Source: Bugula neritina (Eukaryota > Animalia > Bryozoa). From it: a DNA stretch of 64,000 bases. The position numbers and the translations under genes are program-made. Shown one piece after another: positions 26,153 through 39,730 of this stretch. The notes beneath the pieces are model-generated. The model ran no database searches and had not been told where the DNA came from. It saw only the letters and a list, made by a program, of their open reading frames with translations. The stretch is taken from positions 23,965,319 to 24,029,318 of the forward strand of contig OZ037768.1 of the NCBI GenBank assembly GCA_964035545.1, in the 5' to 3' direction. Position 1 is the first letter of the stretch. Each line of letters begins with the position of its first letter.

Positions 26153-29100
26153 ATGGGAAAAAACTCTGGGAATTCAAGTTTCTCCGACCCATTTCAAAGA
26201 CCCAGCGCGCAGATGATGGCGTCAGCTAATTCGGGCTCCAGTTTTCTTCCATCTCAGAAAAGTCTGAAGGGCATAATTGCTGGTAAGAGTTGACTAAAAG
26301 ACGTATCAAGTGTCTAAAATGCTGAAATCATGGCATTGAACTATTTTGATTCCTTTGAATAATTAGTGATTTACCTTTAAAGTCAAATTGATTTTATCAA
26401 AGAGATTTCCAAGTAATATAACCTGTGATCACACATGTTTAGGTGGTTTGACGGGAGGGATAGAGATATGCATCACATTTCCAACTGAGTTTGTCAAGAC
26501 TCAGCTTCAGTTAGACCAGAAGACCGGTGCTACTAAAAAGTATAACGGGATATTTGACTGTGTCCGACAGACAGTGCGTGCTCATGGGGTGCTCGGGCTA
26601 TACAGAGGTCTCACAGTCTTACTCTATGGCTCCATACCTAAATCTGCAGTCAGGTTAGTGTTGGTTAGTAGTTCTAGTAGTAGTACTAGTAGTCGTAGTA
26701 ATAGTAGTATTAATAGTAGTTATTAGTGATGCTAGTAGTAATAGTACTACTAGTTATACTATCACTACTAGTACTACTAGTCTACTAGTACTACTACTAC
26801 TACTAGTGATACTATTAGTCTGCATATCTATACAAATACATACTCAAGATCATTGGTGCCTGTTTATAATAAGGATTACCTATTGCAAGGAAAAATAGTT
26901 TACATTCACCCCCCCTTGCACATTGCATCACCCTAGAGCCATCTCAGTCTAGAATATTTCACCTGTCACCTGTTATTAAACACAAGTTGCAGGCTCATGC
27001 AATGACAACTACTAAAATATCATGTCAGTGCAAAGGTCCACCTGGCCTAGCCTCTGGTCCCCCAGTGTTTGGCAGGTTCAGTAAGCCTAGGGCCACACGG
27101 TGCGTATTTTCGCATGCGAAAATTGAAATCAGAAGTAGCAAAGGTGTCCACTGCGCGCGTTGAGAAAACCTTCGCACTTGCGTTGAAAATGCTGAGCGAC
27201 AAGTGCGAATCGTCTCTGTCATCGTCACCTAATTGGCTGGTAGCTATTCAGCGAGCCCAATTTCTTTAGTTTAGTGCTACATTCCAGTAAATTGCGTTCT
27301 ATTGAAAGCGAGTGCGATTTGAAAATGAAAGCTTTATTTATCACGCATCACTGACGCTACAGTGGACACCTTTGCTACTTGTGATTTCAATTTTCGCATG
27401 CGAAAATACGCACCGTGTGGCCCTAGGCTAAGGGAGGGGGATTTAGCTGCCTGCTAAATATCGTTGCTGTCCAAATAAGAACTTTTCTTTAGTCAAGTTT
27501 ATTCTGTTAATACAATGATGGTGTAGAAGCCAGCTGCTCCACTGTGGGACCAGATGAAACGGTAAACTAGTCATATAGAGCTGGTAACACAGTACATATG
27601 GTTGTACCAGTATCAGCTCCTTACACATGTGCTCTGTCATTCGTGTGCCAGATAATCATCTGCAAAACATTACTTCACTGCAAATTATTTTAGTATGAAG
27701 TGCAAATAGTTTAAGCATGCTGAAATTTTCCCGTCACACTGAAATCTTATCTCGTGTCATATCTCTAGCTCACAGCGTGCTTAGAGCAGTACTGGATAGT
27801 TAGCTGTATCTACTAGGTTTCCTTAGTCTGGCAATATTGATCTTTGTACCTTGCAACTTTAACATGATACGGCACTAATATATAGGATAAAGTGACACTC
27901 AAATAGTCATAATGAAATTACAAAATTAACTCATGAATAAATTAGCCAGCTTGTCTTGCATCTGGCATTTTCCTTGCTTGTCAATACCTCCTTGCTTTGT
28001 ATTACTACACGTGAGAGCTGCACTCGTTAGAGTTACTAGTATAATTAAAAGTCCCGTAGCTTGGGAATTATCTGTGGGTTCATATCTTACAAATTTTCAG
28101 CCGGTACTCACGCAATATGTTGGTCACAATAATTAGTTGTGATTTTGATAGCTTGTTACATATCCTTGTAGGGTTCTGTGAATAGTTCTGCTGACGGTTC
28201 ATGAGTTGACAGTTTTTGAGTTATAAATCACTATTTCGTGTCTGACATGCAATTTCTGTGTTTAGTGTTTCTGTTTACACAAGTTGGTGGAATAAACCTC
28301 CAAGTTGTGCCAGTATTGCTAATGGAAGTACTTAGTTTCATGCATGCATGAATTAATTATCTAGCAACGTATTTAGTGATGTTGCTGTTGGATTTTCAAC
28401 AGAGAGAACTGGCAGTTCAGTTATTGATTACAGGTAGCCACCCACCCAGCCTTCATGTAAACATGCGAATTGTTGTACTGTTTAGCTGGCATTTTCTTGT
28501 TAAGTAATTCCTTGCTTGACTGAGTTTGTATTTATTAAACTCACTGTGCTATTTGTTTGTGAAATTGAATTTTAATTTTCAATAAGTATGTTGTTAAAAA
28601 TTATTGTACCTTGTGAAAAACAGAGTAGCTGTTGCTCGATGCAAATTTCGACTGAGTTGAGAAAACTTAAAAACAATTTAAAATGCTTTGTTTCTAGAAA
28701 ATCTGATAGTTTATTATTACTAGTAATTACATATTTGCTATTTTTGTGGATGAAAAGTTTAGTTTTTCTTTCTCTAAAAATTTACATCAAAATATTAATT
28801 AAATAGACACCAAGTTATAGTTTCAGCAAAAATATAATCCTCTAGCAACAGACCGGCACTAGTAGGGGGGGGGTTAGTGAACAGACTGAAACTAGCCCAA
28901 GAAGTGTAGAGTCTCACCAATTTACAGAGTATTCATTATTATTCTAATTTTGTAGGTTTGGGTCTTTTGAAGAGTTCAAAAAAAGAAATGTGGATCACAC
29001 AGGAAATCTGAGTTCAAATAAGAAGTTACTCTGCGGATTAGGTAATACCTCACACCTTTGTGTAACACCCCTTTGTCACAGCTAGCTACACCACTCTGTC

Positions 29101-30953
29101 ACAGCTAGCTACACCCCTCTGTCACATCTAGCTACACCACTCTGTCACATATAGTCACACCCCTCTGTCACATCTAGCTACACTTCCCAACTCTTCTTCT
29201 TGGATATTTATAGTGCCAATGACTATTATATAGTGTTATTATAAATTATTATTAAAATGAGCAGCTTATATAAAATGGCGTCATTTTCCAGTGTGCTGAC
29301 TTTCTGTAATGATTCCCAATGAATGGTTTGCTTGAATTTGAAAGAATTTTGTTATTATATAGTAAACTGTAAAGTATATGTTGTGTATGTTTAGATACAC
29401 TTCTTATTCATGTAGATGGAAAACTATATTCAGTTATTGAAAGGAGATAACTCTAGCTACATAATTATATGTTGTTATATTATAAACAGGGGCAGGCATC
29501 TGTGAAGCCATCTTTGCAGTAACACCCATGGAAACTGTGAAAGTTAAGTTTATAGATGACAGAAACAGAGCCCAGCCGAGGTTTAAAGGTTTCTTCCATG
29601 GGGTTGGGATGATAATCAAAGAGCAAGGTAGACACAAGTCTGTTTGATTGCATTACAACATTTTCACAACAGAATAGAATTACTTTATTCTGTTGAAATA
29701 GTGGTAGATTTGTATTTCAGGGGTCAGTGGTGTATACAGCTTTCTATTTCAGGGGTCAGTGGTGTATACAGCTTTGTATTTCAGGGGTCAGTGGTGTATA
29801 CAAGGGGCTGACAGCTACCATGATGAAGCAAGGCTCTAATCAAGCTATCAGATTTTTTGTGGTAGAGTCTTTCAAGGAATGGTACAAGGTAGGGTGACTA
29901 CCCCACGCCCCGCAATGAATATACAAATCTGTACTTTTCAACATTCACTCAGCTATTTATTAAACTATCAACTAATTTTTTCTGAATTTATCTGGTTTTA
30001 ATCAATTTCGGTAAAAATATCAACGCCAAACAAGTATAATATGTTTTTGACTGATTAATAAAATTCAAGTTAAAAGCATTTCGAATGTTAGCTAGCAAGA
30101 TTCTGGGATATTCATGCTGTAACGAAAAGTGAATGCTGATTGGATGCATTCTTTAGCTTCAGCCAATCAGCATACAGGTTGGTGATATTTTACTGTAGGA
30201 TGGAGACTCCAAGAAGCACATACCTAAGCCGGTGGTGGGAGTGTTCGGTGCTATAGCCGGGGCTGCCTCAGTGTACGGTAACACTCCCATTGATGTCGTC
30301 AAAACTAGAATGCAGGTGCGGGTTTACCTGGTTTACGTAATACTCGCATTTCTCAATCAAAACACCCGTTTCGCCAGACAGCTATTAGCACTTCCAAATA
30401 TCACAAGAATGTCAATCATACTGTGTATTGATGTTTTACTTCTTAATAAAAATATTCAGCATAACACGGTGTAAAGATTGAAATTAATTCTTGTTTAATA
30501 CTAACTTTGCAGGTCTACATTGTGCAATATTAAAGGCTTGTCTGCTCCTTATCTCATAGAGTGGGCAACTCCTGAATCTCATATTATTCTATATTTAGGG
30601 CCTCGACGCACATAAATACAAGAATACGCTGGACTGTGCTGTGAAAATATTCAAGAATGAAGGACCTGCAGCGTGAGTGTTTACTGTTAATACTGTAGTT
30701 GTTGGTACTGTAGTTTTTTGTGTATGCACTGTGGTTATTTGTGTACTCATTGTAGCTGCTGCAGTAGTTGCTACTGTACTTACTGTAACTGTTGATATAC
30801 TCACTGTAGCTGTTAATGTACTGGTTATGCTGTTCCAGGTTCTACAAGGGTACTGTACCTCGGCTGGGCAGGGTCTGTCTGGACGTAGCCATCACTTTTA
30901 TGATCTACGACAGTTTTATGGAACTCTTCAACAAAGTTTGGGTGACCGACTAA
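26153..30953 (+). CDS. SLC25A1: Mitochondrial tricarboxylate (citrate) carrier
   Basis: Exons 26153-26282, 26443-26653, 28956-29041, 29490-29627, 29785-29888, 30199-30315, 30599-30672, 30839-30953. Three carrier signatures ([28 protein letters not shown]) plus citrate-carrier motifs [33 protein letters not shown]. Confidence 0.97.
27085..27428. mobile_element. PIF/Harbinger-type MITE in SLC25A1 intron 2
   Basis: About 69-bp terminal inverted repeats (GCCTAGGGCCACACGGTGCGTATTTTCGCATGCGAAAATTG..., one mismatch seen) flanked by TAA at 27082-27084 and 27429-27431. 344 bp, no transposase. Confidence 0.9.
29061..29184. repeat. 23-bp tandem repeat, about 5 copies, just after a donor
   Basis: ACACC(A/C)CTCTGTCACAGCTAGCT. 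Confidence 0.9.
29709..29802. repeat. 32-bp triplication spanning the SLC25A1 exon 5 acceptor
   Basis: TTTGTATTTCAG|GGGTCAGTGGTGTATACAGC three times; AGs end at 29720, 29752, 29784. Confidence 0.95.
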
Positions 30954-32573
30954 CCCCCCCCCGACCTTCTGATAACTCAAGTAGTTTACAAACTACTCAC
31001 CTACTCCTAGTACCTTTGATCGAGTAATTGAAAAACAATTTTCTTTTCTGTAAATATATGTATTTTTTAGTAAATTATTGCATAAAAATTACATATTTCA
31101 AACTTGTATCCATGACCTAAGCAAATCGTTTGACTGTAGTCTGAAAATATTTATATTAGTTGCTGCTCCTTATTTGGAGCCGTTTTTAAAAAATTACTTT
31201 ACAAAGTTATCTAATATTTTATAGGTGAAAATTTACATTTTTTGTCTCTATTTGAGAGTTATCTGTACCATGATCTGGTGAGCAGGTATAGCAACTCCTA
31301 AACATAGTTGGCTCATCTAATTATTATATAAAAATGTAGTTGTTATTATACAATTGTTGTTTCTTATTTATTTCATATTTCAAGCAGGCTTTTCAATTTA
31401 TAGTAAAATCTTTTCATTATAATGACTTGAGACTAGTTGATGTAAAACTGTTTATTCTGTCATTGTTTTAGTTGAACTGAAATATATTCTCCGTTCATTC
31501 CACTTTACTCCATGTTTTGATGTGCTTTAATGAAGGAACCTTTATCTGCATGAAGTAGACAACTTTTCACAAAATATATCTTTAGATTTCCTACACAAAC
31601 CTGATTTCAAATGTTTGTCCTTAACATCTACTATTTTAAATTGTAAATTAAATAGTTGACCTTTAAGAGATTAATTTTAAAATGCTTTCCATTGATCTTG
31701 CTAAGCATACTACCATTAGTTAAAAGGTAAAGTTAAGGTATTTGTGGTGGATAAGAGTTCAAATGAAACCAATCTCGAGAAGTTTATTAGTGGAGCACAC
31801 ACATATTTAATCTATTGGGTTCAAAGATGAATTAATTTGTCCGCAATTTCCATAGAAACAGATTGATTATATTTTAATAACAAGAAGATGGGTAAATAGA
31901 CATCATTTAAAAAGACGTGTGGCACAGCCAGTTAGTCACAAATCACGGCAGCCAAAAGTTTGGTTTGGTAGACTAGCCAAACGCTGCCTGTGTCTGCTTT
32001 GGTAAGGGTGTCTACGAAATCACAAAAGAAACATTACACGATTCTTTACACTATATTGAAAGAAGACAACCCCATACTCCTGGTAGTATGGTAAAAGCAT
32101 TGTTTTAAAAAGGCACTACAAAAATAGGGATACAGCACTTATCATGCACACAGATTATTTGAGCAAATTCAAACTTGAAAGCACAAAATAGCAAAACTTA
32201 GTTACAAAATATGCATCTAGCGAATATATATATGATGATAAAGTATCTACAAAATAGAATTTTGTAGGAATTAACAAGTAAAATATATGGGCAACAATTG
32301 CATGCCGTGATTTGAATCACACCTTTAGAACATAATATTGATAGTGAGGTGGACCCTTGTACATACAATTGTCTAGTGAAAAGTAAATCAGAGATGTGAC
32401 AAATGTTTTGCAAACAAAATCGTCGCTAAGCGGAAAAATTTCTATTAAATACAGAGTTACCTTCCCATAGTAAAGTCTAACAATTACAACTTTTTAATAA
32501 TCTGTTTAAAGAATTTACCATGCCCTTTGGCTTGTTCAGTACATGTCAAGTCTAGCCTAAGTATCTACTCAGC

Positions 32574-32823
32574 CTAACGTACAAGGGGCATGTTGAAGAT
32601 CGGCCCGACATTTCCGTCACTTGGGAAAGTCTTCCTCAAACCCATGCAGGCCTTCGCATCAATAGCCAATGAGTTCTCCTTCACACTGATGTCTGTCTCA
32701 ATCTGTGACTTTGTCTTCATCAGTCTGGCCATCTGTATCTCTGATGCCCTCAGTTTGTCCTTGAGATATCTCACCGATTCTCTAATCTCGTAAACTTCCC
32801 GTGCCAATCTAGAATATTATATG

Positions 32824-32861
<38 letters not shown>

Positions 32862-35800
32862 CTAGCACACAAATTAAGAGCCAATTATAAATTCAATTCT
32901 TCTAAGGTGTGAAGTGGTTATTGACTGAACACAAAAATATTGTGTGTTGTAACTTTCTTTATCTTGGTGTAATTGTGTTATAGTGCTACATTGTAACTGA
33001 GTTAGGTTACAAGGAGATTGTGTTTACCATAGCAACCGGTTGCTATGCACACAACTCTTTAATACACAGACATGAGTTCTGTTTATCGAAATTAGAATAA
33101 GTCTCCAGGAAATTGTCCCTGACAGTCATTAAACTCAAGGGCTGCATATAGTCAGTGTTGTTATGCCTGCTGTGACAGACTTTCAAAAGATCAGCTCATA
33201 TACAAGTATATTAGATTCAATGATAAGGGGCATTGTGTGCGTTGAAGTGGTATTAGTATTAGAAGTGAGATTAGAAATTTTGCTATCACCTCAAATATTT
33301 GCACAAATTTTGGGGTGGAATGTTTATTATAAACAATAGCCTGAGGTCCAGCAACAGCTTGAATATTTTACTTAAATCAGTAGAAAGTTGCATTGAAAAA
33401 TTGAAAATTAATAACTTTTACAAGAATATTACTAACTTTAATACATAATACACCACAGACTGATGTCTTCAGAATATGACCCACTATATAACACATAATA
33501 CACACACACTGATGTCTACAGCTGCCTACTCACCCTTTCATTGGGTGATCTTTACAGATCTCTACATTCAGTCTTTTTGTTCTCTCCTCCAGTCTGGTCT
33601 GAGCCACCTTCATGTACGCCTCCTTGTCGCGGATGGCTTTACGCAGCAACTCAATGTTCCGATCCATGTCCATGATCTCTTGCATCACCTGCAGCAGACA
33701 TCAAGTAATGACTCACAGTCATGTGACCAGCTATAGGCAGTGAGGAACACAGCGGCAGCATTGGTTTACTGTGCCATGCGTATGAAATTGTTTAGATACT
33801 GAGTTTTGAGTATATTTTATTTATAAATATTTTTTTAAAATTATGATGTTTAGATTTTGCATTGAAAGTGACTTTTAAAACAGCAACTTGAAGTTATATC
33901 TGTTTGCAGTACATCAAAATAGTGGACTATAAAGTGACTGTATAACACATATTATGCTGATTGTACTTTAATACAAACCGAAAACATAGTAAGACATATC
34001 ATAATATTATTCTCATAACAAATACAAGAGGAGTTACTTACTCTCTGAAGGTGAGACTGAAGCTTATCTCTAGCATCTGTAGTCTCCCGAATTCTGGTGT
34101 TGAAAGCATTATTCACAGCATTGAACTGGCTCCACATGGCATTGGCACAGGCTCTGAGGCACGCGTCTATCTCGCCCCGTAATCTTTCACTAGCAGCCCT
34201 CTCTCTTTGGGACCTGGCTATGTTGTTCTGAGTGAATTTAATCCAAGAGTATGGAATACTAAGGCTACAAAAGTACAATAAGGCTACAAGAGTGTGGAAT
34301 ACTAAGGCTACAAGAGTGTGGAATACTAAGGCTACAAGAGTGTTGAATACTAAGGCTAAAAGTGTAAGCTTCTCAAACACTAAAACGCTTTGCAACATCT
34401 TTACTAAGTCATCAAACTCAGCTAGAGGGAACAAATTTGCATAGAAATTAAGGCTATGTAGTAACTGCCTCCATTTGAAATTTTCACTGCTGCGTTAGTC
34501 CAGTCTAAGGAGTTTTCTTCTCTCTATCTTAAATCTATCAAGAGACTGATTAGAGTTACCCCCCCCCCCCCCCTATAGACTGCACTAAGCATGTCATCTA
34601 GCCCAGGATTTGTATATAACACCAGCGCATTGTCCCTCTCTATTTATTCACAGAGTTCAATGCATTTACCGCCATATTATTAGTCAAACAAACTAAAACA
34701 AAAGACTGAATGCCCTCCATAACTTTACGAATAAATCTCTTCTGTCGGTATTTATACATTAATTTGAAGTTTAGAACAAGTTTTGAAATAAAGTTAATTG
34801 ATAGGCGGCGTAACAAAACATTTTAGTCTAAAACAAAAAGCATAGTTGTTGATTTAACTGTTCTTTTATTTAAGTTGAGACGGGATTTTGTTGAAGTTTA
34901 TAGAGTGTGTCTGGGGCTATATATAATATAAAGTGAGATGTTAGATATGTACTATACTCTACAGTGCCAGTCAGTGGCTCAAACTAAATACTAATATAAA
35001 TGCTATTACCTGGTTAATGTATAATGTGTTAATGTGTAATGTAATAATGTGTTAATGTGTAATGTAATAATGTGTTAATGTGTAATGAGTCATTGTGTAG
35101 TGAGTTAATGTGTTAATGTGTTAATGTGGTAATGTGTTAATGCAGAAGGTAATGATAGTAAGTCATACAAATGCAACAGTTAAATCCAGGGTGCTGGTAA
35201 TGTGCAATACGCTGTAATGTGAATTAATTGTGTGAAATGCATATTTAGCTTTAGCTCTCTTACGTATTATCTACATTCTCTATTCCAGGATAGTAACCGA
35301 TTCCAACCGAAGAGTTTCTAAGCTGGTGCATCCTGTCGTCAATATTTTGAGCGTGATGTTTGTCCTTGGCATCTTTCTCGCACTCATGGAGAGCGGCTCT
35401 GTTCAATCTAATAATAGATTTAATGTGAGTTTGTAATATATAGTAATGTAATGCACTTAATAGCAATGTAGTGTAATTAGTAATAGTGTAATGTAATTAA
35501 TAGCAATGTAATGTCATTAGTAGTAATGTAACGTAATTAATAGCAATGTAATGCAACGTAATGATAGCTGATATTTAAAATGAAGTTATTGTAACACAAA
35601 AATTAATGACCAACACAAAATATTTAATTTTTAAGAATAATTTAGAACTTTGTTTCATGACGGAGTTATCATTATATATACGAATCTGTAAAAAAGTCTC
35701 TCCTCATTGTTTTGATATTTCGAAGTAATTATTTAATGATTAAAATCAAAATTAAAATAATAATTAATTCAAATCTGTAACTTTTATTGCAACAGATATT

Positions 35801-38044
35801 GAGGCAGCAGTGAGAGAAGCAGCAGCAAGTAAGACGAACGGGGACTCACTTTAGTTGTATGTGAGCTTTCTGTATGCATCTCTTCATCTTTTCTTGACAC
35901 TTCTTGATGACGTCAACTTCCTTTACAAGCTCTTTCTCCACGTCGTCGTGGACCATGTCAATCCCCGTTCTCTTCTCTCGGTGTAGAAGGCACTCCTCAG
36001 CGATGTGGAGCGGATTGGCTGTTGCCATGTACGCCTTCTCCAGCACTCTCTTGTGTTCCTGTGTGGGGAGGATAACTCTTGGATAATATGTATAAACACT
36101 GCTTATTACTTTGCACAGTGTCAAACAGAGCACAGGTTGAATATAAAGTAACAATACTAGATAAAAAGGTTTATCTTTTCAAAAAGCGTTAAACTTTGTT
36201 TATAACCGGGAGATATAAAATATTACATAAGAAAACAATCATATTCAAGTAGCCTTTCCTGTTAACTTTGTACTAGACTTAATTATCAAGCTTGTGAACC
36301 ATTTTCTATTTTAAAAAATATTTTTGTGTCATGATTGAAGCAGCCATATTTGAAGCAAGCTACATCTCTGTTACATTGAACTCTATTTGAACATGTCAAT
36401 CAAGGGTAGCATGGCAGCAGACAGAGTAAATAGAGATCAAGTTTTATATGTACAAAATTTGAGTCTTAATAAACAGACGTTTTTGTTTCATACAAACACC
36501 TTACAAATGAAACGTTATACTTATAAACCAAACCAACACATGTGTTGAATGTTTGTTTATTATACATTGCAATAAATACACAACATAAGATAAATATTTT
36601 ATTTGTACATATCACTACACACTGTTGTCATGGAAAGCCATGTTTGCTAAATGTTAAAACTATTTTCTTAAAACATTTTAAGCAAACATTTAGTAACTTG
36701 AAACATAGTGGCATCTTGTATACTGTTGGTATATTTAGTAAGATGCAATTCTCCTGTAAAGAAATTGCATGGTGTTTGCATAGCAACGCATGACTTCTAA
36801 ACTGAAAGTATTGATTGTAAATTATAAGATGATTTAGTTGACTATTGTAGCCAGTAATTCAATAATGAAACCCACACGAAGACGGGGGAGGGGGGGAGGG
36901 GTAGACTGATATCTTCCCTAAAACTCTTGGAGTTGAGTCTTGGTATAAGTGACAAATCACCACTCGGCTAACTCCCAATTGACTAATCAGCATTCACCAA
37001 ACAAACTCACCTGCAGATTCTCCGTCTCATTCTCCATGGCTCTGATCTCGTTGATCAGCTCCTGCTTCCAGAAGTGAATATCGTCTCTCCTGTTGGCCAG
37101 TTTTCTTGTGTTCTCGGCTTGCCTCCTTCTGGTTCGGTCGTCTGTTTCCTGTTTCCAAAATGGAGGGAAATTAATTATTCATCATACCTGAAGTTAGAGT
37201 GAGTAACTCCAACAAATAAGAACTTCTACAGTTTCCCTAATAAAATGTATCATAGTGATTTTTCAATGACTCACATATGAGTCACAGTTAGATGGAGTGG
37301 ATGTTCAACATAAATTTGGCAGAGTTTAGAAATTTTTTGGACTCTTTGCTTTTCTCACAATTACTAGATTATGTTTAGGTATCAAAACACAAATTTTTAC
37401 ACTCCTTACTGTATATATATGCTATACGCACCCCCTATATATCTCCCCTGTATACACTCCTTTCTACTGAGTGAATTCAACACAGTTTCTCACCTTCACG
37501 GCTCTCCAAGCATCAGCTCTGAGATTATTAGCCTGAGCTCTCTCCCTGTCTGACAGCATGTAGTGGGCCTTGTTGCTGTTGGACCAATCATTGTCAGAGA
37601 ACCTAGCATACACCATGTTCCTGCAACAACAAAAAAACACTTCTTTATACAGTCCAGGCTAACAGGTGGTTGACATTGATCTCAAGGTTAGTTGTGGGTG
37701 AAAGTGAAACTACTGCATCGAAATTCAGTTTTTGTAAAGCAAATTTCTGCAAGCGATACATGATAGAGAAATGCAATGATCTATAAAATATTGCACATTA
37801 TATAGCATCTAACTTTGCAGGAGTGTATAGTACAAACCTTGCAGGGGGTTATAATACCTGACTTTGCAGGAGTGTATAGTACAAACCTGGCAGGGTTGTA
37901 GACGTTTCTAGCATGACTAATGTCAACTGTAACTCCATCCTTGAGGGCTGAGAACTTTGGTGAAGGAGCTTTGATGTAGCTGGGAGAAGGAGATCTCATG
38001 GAGAGGTTAGCTACGGGGGAGATAGATTGGTATGCCACAGCCAT
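32574..38044 (-). CDS. Tektin (tektin-3/5-like) ciliary filament protein
   Basis: Exons 37887-38044, 37494-37620, 37011-37148, 35850-36058, 35264-35407, 34042-34264, 33534-33688, 32574-32808 join in phase. Motifs [76 protein letters not shown]. Confidence 0.93.
34245..34359. repeat. 24-bp repeat spanning a tektin acceptor
   Basis: GAGTGTGGAATACTAAGGCTACAA, about 4-5 copies; the first copy overlaps the exon ending at 34264. Confidence 0.92.
34497..34586. mobile_element. Short inverted-repeat element remnant
   Basis: TA-GTCCAGTCTAAGG ... CCTATAGACTGCAC-TA imperfect inverted ends, with an internal poly-C run. Confidence 0.35.
37812..37897. repeat. About 49-bp duplication spanning the tektin first-coding-exon donor
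   Basis: ACTTTGCAGGAGTGTATAGTACAAACCT(T/G)GCAGGG twice. Confidence 0.9.
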
Positions 38045-38882
38045 GTTCGGTTGTATGCAGGTACTTAGTCTATATTAGTGAGTTGACTAAAACATATTAG
38101 GGCAGATATTCATTCTACTAATAAATGTAACGTGAATCTGCTTAGCAATGTTATTGTATGCCCAGTATTACATCATCTAATAATATGCTTTGTTTTATTC
38201 TACAGAAAACAGAAAGTTGGTGTAAAAGATTTTTAGTGCTGCTCAATACACAGTTTATTTATGTTGAAATATTTATGAGTCACCCATATTAAGGTCAAAG
38301 GTGAAACTTTTCTTTAGAAATAAAAGATAGTTTTGGCTTCAAAAGGTTCATTTAGACAGGTAATGTCCAGGTAGGTTAGTTAAAGGTAGGTGTGTGTACA
38401 GAGTGTAAGTTTACTAATGATTGCCCAGTAGTTATGTTTCTTCATCTAAAAACTAATTTATTAAACTCTCTAGTTTGACAGAATCTCTGTTACGGCCAGA
38501 CAAGCTTAGTTGATTTTAAATGAAGTTTTCAGGTACAGGAAGTGTATGAATACGTAATATGAAAATACAATAGAATTATGGGAAGTCTATTAATACGTAA
38601 TACAAATATACAGTATATTTACAGCTGCTAGACTTTTTAAAGATCTGTTTTGAAAGATCAATAAAATGTCAATTTTAAAGGCATATGAAGGGCAGAAATA
38701 GAGGAAACGGTTTTGAATGAAAGAGTGGGTTGGTGATGGAAAGGAAAGACGTGTTATAGAAAACTAATCGATTTTAACAGCCGGAGTGGGAATAATTAAA
38801 AATATAATCATTATGAACCATCATAGACATGTTATATAATATAGCATAGACATGTTATATAATACAGTATATACACGTTAGA

Positions 38883-39005
38883 GAATATAATACATACATG
38901 GTATAGAATATAATACATACATGGTATAGAATATAATACATACATGGTATAGAATATAATACATACATGGTATAGAATATAATACATACATGGTATAGAA
39001 TATAT
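38883..39005. repeat. 23-bp tandem repeat, about 5 copies
   Basis: ATGGTATAGAATATAATACATAC. Confidence 0.93.
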
Positions 39006-39610
39006 TATATATATAATATATATTATAGAATACAGTATAGAATTCTCAGTCACGGTACATTAAAGTAAATTGCTCAAGGAGATATCAAGGGATAATTGCA
39101 CCAGTGTGTGTGGAAAGTCTATGATTGATATTATTCTTTAGGGAGTATGAAAAGTTCACATTTTATAATTCACAGGATTGTTAAGAGATGATTGGTGTCT
39201 GGAGTTTAATTGTGCCCATAAAATATCGATACTTGCTAAAGTTCATCTGTACTAATAAAATATCAATTCTACATTGATGAGACGCAAAGTACTGTTTAAT
39301 CTACTAGAATGGTTTATATAATTCAATGAAGTTGGTTTATAATTATTTCTCACACTTGAGACAATGGGTTGGTGAATGCAACAAATAGCATGAAACAGTA
39401 ATAAATTTAGAGTAAAATAGTACCTAATTAAAAAGCAGCAAGTTTTTGGTTGCTAAGGACTCTTTCCTTCTCTAAAACAACCTTCGCTTCATAAAATGTT
39501 GAGTTTAAAGCCTAAAATTTGAATTTCTTTCAAAGTAACTGAACTGATGAAGTTTAAAGTACTACATTAAAATAATACTGTAAGAAAGAGAAGATAGCAC
39601 CTGGTCTTAC

Positions 39611-39730
39611 CTGTCACAATCTGTAGCTAATGTCTACTTTCACAGCAGAATCTGGAGGTGGGCAATGAAACTGCACTCGACCGTCGTCTAGCAGATTTGC
39701 ATATGTAAATATATCAGCCAATAGGAAACA
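39611..39730 (-). promoter_or_regulatory. Candidate tektin non-coding first exon and promoter
   Basis: Minus-strand CAG|GTAAGA donor at 39610, matching acceptor TTTTAG near 38088 just upstream of the ATG; ATTTGCAT octamer near 39695 and CCAAT near 39718. Confidence 0.45.
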
